64,000 bases of DNA from NCBI GenBank assembly GCA_033764015.1, contig JANRJK010000036.1, positions 224,001 through 288,000 on the forward strand. The letters are read 5' to 3'. This DNA comes from Candidatus Sumerlaeia bacterium. GTDB lineage: Bacteria > Sumerlaeota > Sumerlaeia > SLMS01 > JANRJK01. Under the pieces are notes generated by a model that had not been told where the DNA came from, made no database searches, and saw only the letters and a list, made by a program, of their open reading frames with translations. How positions within the stretch are numbered: the first letter of the stretch is position 1; every line of letters starts with the position of its first letter. Below are positions 1 through 10,300 of this stretch, piece after piece. The translations under genes and the position numbers were made by a program.

Positions 1-3000
1 GGCATCTCCGCGCTGGGCGAGACGATTCCGTTGAGCATCTCGGTGGACGCGGACCCGGCGCTCGGCGCGGACCGGGTCTACCGCGCGGGGAACGAAACGG
101 CGCGCGTCGAGTTCGCGCTCGGGGCGGACGGCGCACTGCTCGCTGCGGCGATGGACGCGAAGCGCGTGGGCGGCGACGCGGAGGCGGAGCTGCGTTTGCG
201 GCTCGACCTCGGCGCGGTTGGCGCGCTTGGACCGGTGCGCGAGTCGGCGCCGCAGCTCGAGGCGCTCGAGGGAACAGTCTCGCTCGATGGCTCGGCGACG
301 CTGGCGGCGGGGCTGGCGAACGCGGAGCTCTCGCTCAGCACGTCCGGGGCCGCCGCGACCGTGGGCGGCGCGCGGCACGCGGTGCCGGACCTGTCGGCGC
401 GGTTGTCGGCGAGCGCGGACACGGCGGCTCGGCGGCTCGACACCATGGACGTATCAGCGTCGCTGCCGGGCGTGGAGGCGGGGCTTTCCGCGCGCGCGCT
501 GTCGTTCGACACGGCCTCGGCGGACGCGAAGCTGGAAGCGCGGCTTTCGGTGGACGCAGGGCGCGCGTACCGGGCGCTCGCCCCGCTGGCGGGCCATGCA
601 GCGGAACCGGTCCCCGCGGAGGGCCGCCTCGACGCGTCCTTCTCAATGTCGGGCGACCCGCGGGCGGAACGGCTTGCGGGGCGCGCGGAGGCGCGCTGGC
701 GCGGCGGCGCGCTGCGGCTGGACGGGTTGCCGAAGGGAGCGACGCTGGCCGCCTCGGACTTTGACTTCGCGGCGGATCTGTCCGCGGTGCCCTCGGGGAA
801 ATCGGCGGCGATGTCGGCCACCTTGACGGGCCCGGTGCTGGGGGATTGGACGCTGAAGGCGGACGGCGCGGCGGAGCCCGCCGCGTGGCGGGCGGAGTTG
901 GCGGGCGGCTTGTCGCTCGAGACCGTCGTGTCGGCGGCGTCGGAGTTCTTGGCCGCGCCGCCGCCGGCGACCGTTTCGGGGCGCGCCAAGCTGGGCTTGG
1001 ACGCCTCGCAGGATGCCGCGGGGCGCATCGGCGTGCGGTTGCGCGCGTCGGTGGACGATGCCTCCGCCGCGATGCGCGAACCACCCATGCGGTTGCTCGA
1101 GACGGACAGCCTCAGCCTCGCGTTGGACGCCGCCTACGATCCGTCGAGCGGCGCCGTCGATGTACCTGCGGTGGCGTTCGCCGCTCCGGGCCTCCGGGCG
1201 TCGGCGAGGGGGCGCCTCGACGCCTCGCTGCGCGGGGAGTTCTCCGCGGACACCGCGGCCGACCTTGCCGAGCTGTACCGCCGCGCGGCGCCGCTGCTGC
1301 CGCCGGGGGCGCTCGAATCGCTATCCGGTGATGCGACGCTGTCGGTCGCGGGTCGGGCGTTGGCGGATGGATCGGTGCGCGCGGAGGTGACGGGGCGGCT
1401 GCCAAATGGCGAGGTCGTGTTGTCCGGCGCCCGCGCGGTGCCGCTCAGGCTGGGCGGCTTCGTCGTCGCAACGGGGGACCGCCCCGAGGCGGGCGTGACG
1501 CGGATCGGGTTGTCGAAAGGCGCGTTGAACTACGGCGAGTCGGCGAGGGCGGACTTCGGCGCCGACGCGGTGATCACCCCGGATGGCACGCGACTGGACG
1601 CCACCGCCGCCGTGTCGCTGGACCACGCGAAGGCTCTGGCGGAGGCGCCGGATTGGGCGGTCGCGCTGGTGCCCGGCGCGTTGTCGCTCGACGGAACGTC
1701 GACGTTGCGGTTGAAGGCGGCGAGCGTCACCGGCGCACCGGCGGAGTTGGAGTTCGGCGGCGGCACGCGGATCCCGGCGCTGCTCTTCGAAGGCGCCACC
1801 CCGCTCGCGGTGGAGGGGGTCGCGCTCGAATGGACCGGCAGTGCGACGGTTCCGCCCGGGGATCCGAAGCGCTCGCGGGCGGCGCTGGACGCGACGCTCG
1901 GGATCGGACTGGCGGATGCGGGGGCCGCGGTGGTGGAGCGGTTCGCGGGGGAGATCAGCGGGCGGTTCGACGGGGCCGCGGCGGAACCCGGTTCGCTGTC
2001 CGCGAAGGCCTCGATCGGGCGGGTGGACGCGTCGGCGGGGACGGCGCTGCTTTCAGTGCCCGGGATCCGGGCCGAGACGGAGGTGGCGCTCCGCTCGATC
2101 GAACCGCCGTCGGTGGAGCTTTCGGCGACGCTCGCGGCCGGTGACGGCGCCGACGTGTTCGCGGCGTCGCTGGGCACCGAGTGGACGGCGGGAGAGGCGT
2201 CCATCCCGGCCTCGGTGGAGGCGATCGTCTCGGATTTCGCCGCCGCGTCGTCCTTCGCGACACTGCCTCCGGGCGTGATGCCGGAGTTGCAGGGCCGCGC
2301 GGAGGCGCGCGCGGAGCTGGTGGCGGAGCTGGACGCGAAAGGCGCGCTCTCGGTGTTGCGGTCGCCGGTGACGGGCGCGCTCTCCTTCGCCGCTTCGGGT
2401 GTCGGCGCTTCGTCGCCCATGCTGGGCGACCTGCGGGGGATCGACACCACGGCGGACCTCTCCCTCGGCGGCGACTCGCTGCGGGGTTCGTTCCGCTTCG
2501 AGGGCGAGCGCCTCTACCCCGCCGCGGCGCCCGCATCCTTCAACCTCGCAACTGTGGTGGGCGGGTTCTCGCTCAACGGCTGGGAGCGGCTCGCACTGGG
2601 CGTTACAGAAGCGCGAATGCTGTCCCCCGGCCTCGAGGCGACCGGCAGCTTAGAGTTGTCGGGGTTGCGCCCGCTCCTAGCGGAGGCGGTCTTCGCGGCC
2701 GCGGAGGGACGCCCGGCCCAGCTTCCCGAAGGGGCGAAGGGGTGGCTCGACGCGGTGCCGATGCAGGCGTCGGGAACGCTCGACTTGGCGGACCTCGGGA
2801 CCTGGGGCGCGTTCCTGCCCGGGGGCTCGCTCGCCGGTTCCGCGGGGGGCGGCTTCCTGCTTCGCTCACGACCCGGGAACGACATGCGCCTCGATGGCCG
2901 GCTGGCCCTGGACGGCGTCGGGCTCGCCTGGCAGCGGCAGCTCGAGGTATCGGGCCTGTCGGGCGCGGTGCGGGTGGGCAAGACGCTGTCTCTGCGCGAG

Positions 3001-3738
3001 TCGGCGGCGCCCGCGGCGCAGACGGAGGCGGGCGATCTCCGCATCGCGCGGATCGAGTACCGCAGGGGGCCGCTCCGCATCGTTGCGGAGGACACCGCCG
3101 CGGCCGTGCGCGGGCTGGACGGGGGGCTCTACTTCAGCGGGGATTCGCGGCGGTTCATGGGCGGATCGGCGCGGTTCGACGGCGCGCTCCGCAAGAGCCG
3201 CGGCGTGCCGCTCGCCACGCTCGCCTTCGAAGGAACCGACCTCGATGCGCGTTCGATGGTGCCGCCGCCGGCGAGCCTGCTCCCGGATGCGCTGGCGATG
3301 AACCTGCTGGGGAACCTGCGGTGGGAGCTTCGCGGGGGGGCCGCGGGGGCGGACCCGCTGGACGGTATCGATGTTTCCTTGGAGGCGACGCGGGTGGAGC
3401 GGCGGGCGCTGGTGGAGCTGCTGCGCGCGCTGGACCCGGCGCAGCGGAATCCCCCGATCCAAGCGGGGATCGCGGCACTCGGTTTCGGGGCGCCGAACGG
3501 CGCCACCTTCAAACTTGTGAACGGGCTGGTGGGTCTGGACATCCGGGTGCAACCGCGGATCGGGCCGACGGTCCCGATGACGCTGCTGCGGCAGGTCCCG
3601 CTGGGCGAACTGTCGCGCGTTTACCGGCTCGACGCCATGGCGGCATCCGTGGCAATGCTGCGCGGCGGATTGCTGGCGTTGTTCGCGGAAACCTGGAGCG
3701 AGCTGGCGGAAGCGCTCCCCGAGGAGGAAGGCCCATGA
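1..3738 (+). CDS. Large AsmA/YdbH/TamB-like repeating beta-groove envelope protein (5'-truncated by window edge)
   Basis: The reading frame is open from base 1 and encodes >1235 aa of amphipathic beta-strand, Ala/Gly/Leu-rich sequence. Its stop overlaps the start of a DUF1318 (YdbL-like) lipoprotein, as in ydbH-ynbE-ydbL loci. Confidence 0.6.
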   Translation, partial: GISALGETIPLSISVDADPALGADRVYRAGNETARVEFALGADGALLAAAMDAKRVGGDAEAELRLRLDLGAVGALGPVRESAPQLEALEGTVSLDGSATLAAGLANAELSLSTSGAAATVGGARHAVPDLSARLSASADTAARRLDTMDVSASLPGVEAGLSARALSFDTASADAKLEARLSVDAGRAYRALAPLAGHAAEPVPAEGRLDASFSMSGDPRAERLAGRAEARWRGGALRLDGLPKGATLAASDFDFAADLSAVPSGKSAAMSATLTGPVLGDWTLKADGAAEPAAWRAELAGGLSLETVVSAASEFLAAPPPATVSGRAKLGLDASQDAAGRIGVRLRASVDDASAAMREPPMRLLETDSLSLALDAAYDPSSGAVDVPAVAFAAPGLRASARGRLDASLRGEFSADTAADLAELYRRAAPLLPPGALESLSGDATLSVAGRALADGSVRAEVTGRLPNGEVVLSGARAVPLRLGGFVVATGDRPEAGVTRIGLSKGALNYGESARADFGADAVITPDGTRLDATAAVSLDHAKALAEAPDWAVALVPGALSLDGTSTLRLKAASVTGAPAELEFGGGTRIPALLFEGATPLAVEGVALEWTGSATVPPGDPKRSRAALDATLGIGLADAGAAVVERFAGEISGRFDGAAAEPGSLSAKASIGRVDASAGTALLSVPGIRAETEVALRSIEPPSVELSATLAAGDGADVFAASLGTEWTAGEASIPASVEAIVSDFAAASSFATLPPGVMPELQGRAEARAELVAELDAKGALSVLRSPVTGALSFAASGVGASSPMLGDLRGIDTTADLSLGGDSLRGSFRFEGERLYPAAAPASFNLATVVGGFSLNGWERLALGVTEARMLSPGLEATGSLELSGLRPLLAEAVFAAAEGRPAQLPEGAKGWLDAVPMQASGTLDLADLGTWGAFLPGGSLAGSAGGGFLLRSRPGNDMRLDGRLALDGVGLAWQRQLEVSGLSGAVRVGKTLSLRESAAPAAQTEAGDLRIARIEYRRGPLRIVAEDTAAAVRGLDGGLYFSGDSRRFMGGSARFDGALRKSRGVPLATLAFEGTDLDARSMVPPPASLLPDALAMNLLGNLRWELRGGAAGADPLDGIDVSLEATRVERRALVELLRALDPAQRNPPIQAGIAALGFGAPNGATFKLVNGLVGLDIRVQPRIGPTVPMTLLRQVPLGELSRVYRLDAMAASVAMLRGGLLALFAETWSELAEALPEEEGP

Positions 3739-4301
3739 GGAAGACAGCCCTGCCGCTCCTGCTGGCGGCGCTCGCGGCGAGCGGCTGCGGGCGGCTGCTC
3801 GACATCAACCTGTTCGTCGTCGGCGAGCAGACCGCGCTCGAGCGCCAGGTGCTCGGCGCCTACGGGGAACTGGACCGCAGCCTGCTCGCGTACTCCTCCG
3901 TCCGGGGGGTGCAGCCGGATGGCTCGCTGCGCCCGCCACCGCCGATGAGCGAGAGCCAGCGCACGGTGCAGCAGGCGATGCAGAACCGGCAGTACAACCG
4001 CGACGACCTGGATCTGCTGCTGGCCTACAAGCTGGTGGCGGAGCGGAACGACGGGCTGATCGAGGCGACGGTGCAGCCCTTCCCGGACGTGGAGCGCATC
4101 ACGTCGGAACTGGTGGCGCGCATCCTGGAGGAGGAGAACGCGGACCGCGCGGCGATCATGGCGCGGCTGCTCGCGACGGTGCCGGGGCTGCGCCCCGGAG
4201 ACGAGGCGGACGTGCGCTGGGTGTTCGCGTCGCTCAACCAGGGTATTGCTCCGGAGGGGTCGCTGCTGCAGCGGCGGGACGGCGAATGGACCACCAAGTA
4301 G
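3735..4301 (+). CDS. DUF1318 (YdbL-like) lipoprotein
   Basis: ATG at 3735 (ATGA overlap) follows a GAGGAGG RBS. Lipobox LAASG-C. Motifs VGEQTALERQVLG, VAERNDGLI, ENADRAAI and C-terminal DGEWTTK are typical of YdbL/DUF1318. Confidence 0.7.
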   Translation: MRKTALPLLLAALAASGCGRLLDINLFVVGEQTALERQVLGAYGELDRSLLAYSSVRGVQPDGSLRPPPPMSESQRTVQQAMQNRQYNRDDLDLLLAYKLVAERNDGLIEATVQPFPDVERITSELVARILEEENADRAAIMARLLATVPGLRPGDEADVRWVFASLNQGIAPEGSLLQRRDGEWTTK

Positions 4302-7300
4302 CCACTTTCCTGATGCTCTTCGCAGCGGGCGCCGCAGGGGCCGCGGAGCCTCTACTCTCGCTGCCCGGCGACGAGGCGGCCCCGCAGGCGGATCCGCGCG
4401 GGCGCTGGCTTGTCTTCGAGCACACGAACGAAGGAACGACGAACCTGCTGCTGCTGGACCTGCGGGGCGGGCCCGGCGCCTCGCCGAAGCCGCTCGCGCC
4501 CCATCCGGCGAACAGCCGCGAGCCGCGCATTTCGCCCGACGGAAGGCGGTTGGCGTTCATCTCGACGCGGGCCGACGCGCTCGGCGACCTCTTCGTCCTC
4601 ACCCTGCCGGACGGCGAGCCGCGGCGACTGACGGATTCAACCACGTCGGATCGAGCCCCGCGCTGGATCACAGCCGATTCGATCGAGATCGAGCAGAGGC
4701 GGGGCGCCGGCTGGGAGAGAACGGTCCTCGACGCGCGCACGGGCCAGCCCGAGCCCGGCGCGGCGGCGCCCGCCGACACCGGCGCCGGGGCGCCGTTCCC
4801 GCTCCTGGCGGCGAACGGCGAGCTGGCGCTCCTGCGCGCGGACGACACGAACCGCGACGGCCGCCTCGACGATGCGGACGACGCCTCGCTTTGGCGGCGC
4901 GGCGCCGACGGCTGGAGTCAGGTGGCGCTGCCCCTGGCGGGGGCCTCGGGGTTGGCGCGCCTCGGGGACGAGCTGGTCGTCTCCGCGGAGGGCCCGGACG
5001 GGCTCGACCTCTTCGTGCTGCCGGTCGACGAGTCGCTCGCCGATCCCCCCGTGGCGGCGGATCGCGCGCAAGTGGGGGTGACCGCGGAGATGGCGGACGC
5101 GGCGGCGCTGGCGCGCTGGCGCGGGGAAGCGTTGCGGAGCGGCTCGGCGGAGGCGGCGGCGCAGTGGCTGCGCTCGGCGCTCGCGCGCGGCGAGATCGCC
5201 ACGCTGCTCGAGCCCCCCGCGTTCCTCGACGCCATGTTCTCGACGGACGCGGCCGCGCGGTGGAACTACGGCGCGCTGCGGATCGAGGCGGAGCTGCGGG
5301 GGCTCACCGTTGCCACGCTGGAAGCGGCGCAGGAATCGGCCGCGGTCGAGGCGCTCGCACGGCGCGCGCGGGCCCATGCAGCGGCGATGCCGGCGGGCGC
5401 GGACTCGGACGTGGCGGCGCAGTTCGCGCTCGCGCGCCTCGGCATGTTCGCGCGGACCGGCGATACGGCACGCGCGCTGGAGCTGGCGGCGGAGTTGGAA
5501 GGCTCGGGCGCGATGGACCGCGATCCCGGAACGCAGGCGGCGTTCCTCGCGGCGAAGGCGGGGGTCTACCGGCGCCTTGGACAATTCGACGAGAGCGCGC
5601 GGTTCCGGCTCGCCGCGCTGGGCGTGCTGCCGGCGGACGATCCCCGCGCGCGCCTCCTCGCAAGGGAGGTGCTGGGCGACGCCACGGCGCAGTCGCCGGA
5701 CGACGAGGCGCGCCTCCTCGCGATCCGCGCGGTCTCCGCGGAGAACGGACGGCTCCCCGCATTGCTGGCCGAGTCGCGCCTCGCGCAAGCGCGGCTGCTG
5801 GACCGCATCGGCGAGCCGGAACCCGCGCTCGAAGCGGCGCGTCTCGCGGTGGAGGACCCGGACACGCCCGCGGCGGCGGCTTCCGAGGCGCTCCTGCTGG
5901 AGGCCGACATCCTCGGATCAAGGGGACGGTTCGAAGAGGCGGTGCGATTGCTTGCGGCAAGCCGGGAGCGCCTCGGCGCGGAGGGCGCCGCGACGGAGGC
6001 GGCCCTGCGCGCGGCGCTGGTGCGCGGGCTCTCGGCGCAGGGCCGCGCGGAGCTGCGGGCCGGCGACGCGGCGCTGGCGCAGGCGACGTACGGGCGCCTC
6101 ACGGAGCTGGTGCCGGAGGCGTACCAAGGCTGGCGCGGGCGCGTGGCGGCGCTTGCCGCGATGCCGAACGGTCTCGACGCGGTCCGCGGGGAGCTGCGCC
6201 GCGCGGCGAAGTCCGACGCGGGCGACGCGCGCGCGCAGTACCTCTACGGGCTGCTGCTGACCTACGAGGAGTCGAAGGTGGACTCGGCGGAGAAGTACCT
6301 CCGGCGGGCGGTGGCGCTCGATGGCTCGAACGCCTTCCACCACCAGACGCTTGGCTACGTGCTGGAGCAGCGCGCGCTCCGCGGGCGGCGCAACGAGCGC
6401 CTCGCGGAGGCGCAGGAGCGCTACGAGCGCGCGCTCGCGCTGACCGACGCCGGCGCCGCGCCGCAGGACCACGCGGACCTGCTGCTGAACGCGGGCAACG
6501 CGGCGTTCGCGCAGGAGCGCTTTCCGCGCGCCTGGTCGCTCTACCTGCGGCGCGCGCAGTCGCCGTCGCCCTTCGAGAACGACGCGCAGGAGTTCCTCTT
6601 CCGCCGCTCGGCGGGAATCGCGGCGTTCCGCGCCTACGAGGCGCGGCGCGCGGAGGAGTCCTTCGCCGCGGCGCTGCGACTACTTGAGTCGCCGGGGCCG
6701 GCGCTTCTGGGCGCAACCGCCGAGCCGGTCCGCGCGGAGCTTTCCCGCGAGCTGCGCGACCGGCGCGCGCTGGCGCTGTGGCAGCTCGGCCGCGCCGGGG
6801 AGGCCGCGGAGTTGTGGGAGGGCCTCGCGCCGCTCGCCGACAAGCGCTCGATGGACGCGGTGCGGCTGCGGCGGAACGCGGCGCTGGCGCGGCTGGACCA
6901 GGTGGAGTCGAGCACGGGCGCGGCCCGTGCGGACGCGTTCGCCGCGGCGGAGGCGCAACTCGCGGAGGCGCGGGCGCTGCTGCCCGGCGCGCGCCTGGAA
7001 GGTCCGGCCAAGGGGGGACCTTTCGCTGTCGACGTCGTGGTCGCGAGCGACGCCACGACCGGTGGGGCCGACCTTCGGCTCGACCGGGCCGAGGAGGAGC
7101 GGCTTCTGCGCCTGGCGCACCTGCGGCTCGCCTCGCTGCGCGGCGACGACGAAGCCGCCGCGAGGGGCCTCGCGGACGAGTTGGCGTTCCTGTCTGCGCC
7201 GGTCCCGGAGGAGCAGCTCGCCTACCGCTCGACACAGCGCTCGCTGCTGCAGCGCCGCCTTGCGGAGGACATGCTGGCGTCCGGCGACCGGACGGGGGCC

Positions 7301-10300
7301 CTTCTGGCGCTCGCGGGGGTCGTCGACGAGGCGCGCTTCGTCGTGAAGGACGAGCCGCTGGTGAACGCCGCGGCGGCGAGCGCGGCGCTGCTGCGGCTTG
7401 CGGAGCTGGGAGGGTCGGCGGACACGGGGACGGCGGCGCGGCTGGATGCGTCGTGGATCGCGGGGCTGGGCGCGCCGGAGCCCGCGGGAGCGGCGGGCGC
7501 GGTGGACCGGGCGGCGGCGCGGCTGCTCGCGGCCCAGTTCGAGGGGCTGCTGGAGGCGACTCCGCTCGTCGAGTCGCCGGAGGCGCGGATGCGGCTCGGG
7601 CTGGCGCGGCTGCTCGAGCTGCGGAGCGCGGTGTTCGCGCCGGGTGCGGAGTCGGAGGGGACTCCCGAGCGCGCGCTTCGGGAGGCGCGCCGCGCGCTCG
7701 CGGTCGAGTCGGCGGAGGCGCTGGTCCGCGCGCTGCGGGAGGATGCGCAGACCGCCACGGACGGCGTGGAGGCGAACGGCCTTCTGCTCCGGGCGCACGC
7801 GCTGCGGCTGTCGCTGGCGGCCCGGTTCGCTGGGGACGAGCGGACGGACTCCGCTCGCGCGGAGGCGTTGGCGTTCGCTCGGGCCTCGGGGCATGGGGAT
7901 TCGGAGTGGTGGCTGCACGCGGAGGAGGCGCTCGCTTCCCGCGACGCGCAGCGCCGGGACGCCGCGCTGGAACGCGCCCGAGTCTCGGCGGCGGCGCTAC
8001 TTCCGTCCTCGCTGACGGGGCGCTCCGCGGAACTGGCGTCGCTGCTGCCCGCGCTGCGCGATGCGAACGCGGCGACGGGCGAGGAGGCGGTATGGCGCGG
8101 CGGCGAGGAGTGGGCTCTTGCGGAGTTGCGCTTGGCGTTCGCCGGCGCGGTGCCGGGGGACGGCGCGTGGGGTGCCGGCTTCGTCCGGCTGCGGGACGCG
8201 CGCGACCGGCTGCTCGGCCGCCTGCGCTCGACTCCCCCCGCGGAGCTCGGTTCGGCGGAGTTCGTCGTGTCGCAGCTCGCCCGCGCGGAGGAGGCGCTCG
8301 CCGCGCACTTGGACGCGGGGCGCGCGGACGGCGACGCCTTCGCCAACGCGCTGTTCGCGGCGCCGACGCCGTTCGAGGACGCCTCCGTGGTGTACGACCT
8401 TGGCGGCCTGCTCGGCGTCGAGGCTGCGCTGCCCGGCGCTGACGCGGCGGGGCGGGTGCTGCTTTCGCCGGGACCGGTCGGGGTGGCCGGCGCGGCCTCC
8501 GTGGTGCGCGTGCTGAGCGGCGCGCACCTGCTTTGGGCGCTTTCCGACCCGCCGCTCGAGCTGCGCACGGCGGATGGCGCGGTGCTGGGCGAGCGCGTGC
8601 TGCGGGGTCCGATCCGCGAGGTGGGGGCGAGTCCGCTCGACTGGGAAGTCGGCGAGGAGCGGCGGCGCCTCGGCGACTTCGCCGCGGAGGAGCCGGCGGC
8701 GCTCTGGAGCGTCGAGGCGGAGCTGGTCCCCGGCGCGCGCCTCGCGGTCGCGGCGGCGCTCGCATCGCAGGGCGCCGCGTCGGTGCGCTTCCCCGGCGGC
8801 GAGTTTTTCGGCGCGCCCCGCGTGGATCCCGCGGGAGCGCCGGACGTCGCGCTGGCGCGGCTGGCGGCGGCGCGGGGCGAGGCGTTCGCGGCGATCGAGG
8901 AGAACGATGCGGAACGGGCGGCCCCGGCGCTGGTGACGACGCTGGCGCTTTCGGAAGCGCTGGGCGAAACGGGCGACCGCACGCTGCTGCTGGAGCTGCT
9001 GGCGCAGGCGCTCGGGGATTCGGGGCGCTACGAGGAGGCGCTTGGTCCCGCCGCCGCCGCGGTGGAGGCGCGCCGCGCGGATGGGGGCCCCGAAGCGCTG
9101 GCCAAGTCGCTCGCCCGCCTCGGCGGGCTGGCGGACCGTGCCCGGCGGCACGATGCCGCGGAACGCTCCTACACGGAGGCCGGGGAGCTGTTCGCGTCGC
9201 TCGGCGACGAGGCGTCGCGGCTCGGTGCGCGGACCAACATCGGACTCACGCTGGAGCGCTCGGGCGAGTACGCGCGGGCGGCGGCCGAGTACGCGGCGGT
9301 CCGCGCGGACGCGGCCGCGGCGGGCGACCGGGCGCTGGCGCTCGAATCGCTCGGGCGCGTGGCGCGAATCCTGGCGCTGCGCCAGAACCGCTACGCGGAG
9401 GCGGAGGAGCTGCTGCGCGAAGGCCTCGCGGAGGCGCCGGCGGGGTCGGCGGAGGCGATCGGCCTGCGGATCGATCTGGCCTACGCGCTGGAGCGGACCG
9501 CGCGCTACGACGAGGCGCTGGCGGAGTTGGGGGCGGCGCAGGAGGAAGCCAAGGCGGCGGAGCTGCCGCTGCTCGAGGCGCTCGCGCTGAAGGACCGCGC
9601 GAACGTTCTGTGGCTGCGTTCCGACTACTTCGAGAGCTTCACGGCGCGCACGGACGCGGAGGCGCTGGCGGCGCGGCTCGGCGACACGGAGCTGCGGATC
9701 GCGCTGCGCAACGTGGCGGGCCTCACGGCGTGGTCGGTGAACGACCTGCCTCGCGCCATGGCGGAGTTCGACGACGCGCTGTCGCTGTCGCGGCGCGCCT
9801 CGCTACCGACGGAAGAGGCGTCGACGCTGAACAACCGCGGCCTCGCGCTCCGCTCGCAGGGGCTGCTGGAGGAGGCGCTGGCGGACCTGCGCGCGGCGGA
9901 GGCGATCGACACGGCGCAGGGCAACCGCTGGGGCGCGGCGTACGCGAAGCGCAACATCGCGCTCACGCTGATCGAGGCGCTCCGCCCCGCGGAGGCGCTC
10001 CCCTACCTTGCGGACGCGCTCGCGTACGCGGAGGCGATCGGCGACCGCGCGAACATGTCGAAGACGCGGCTGGCGGCGGGGGACGCGCTCCGCGCGCTGG
10101 ACCGCCGGGCGGAGGCGGAGGCCGCCTACCGCGAGGCGCTGGCGATCGCCGACGCCGTGCCGCTGCGCGAGGTGCAGTGGCGCGCGCACTACGGGCTGGC
10201 GGAGCTGCTCCTCGCGGATGGTCCCGATCCCGCCGCCGCGCCGGAGCTGGAGCGCGCGCTCGGAGTGCTCGACACGCTGCGCGCCGGGCTCCGCGTGGAG

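Noticed and set aside
4280..4301. DUF1318 protein ends in GEWTTK, superficially like the W-tail
   Set aside because: G-x-W-x-x-K is the normal end of the YdbL/DUF1318 fold, and it lacks the hydrophobic/aromatic residues after Trp and the preceding spacer.
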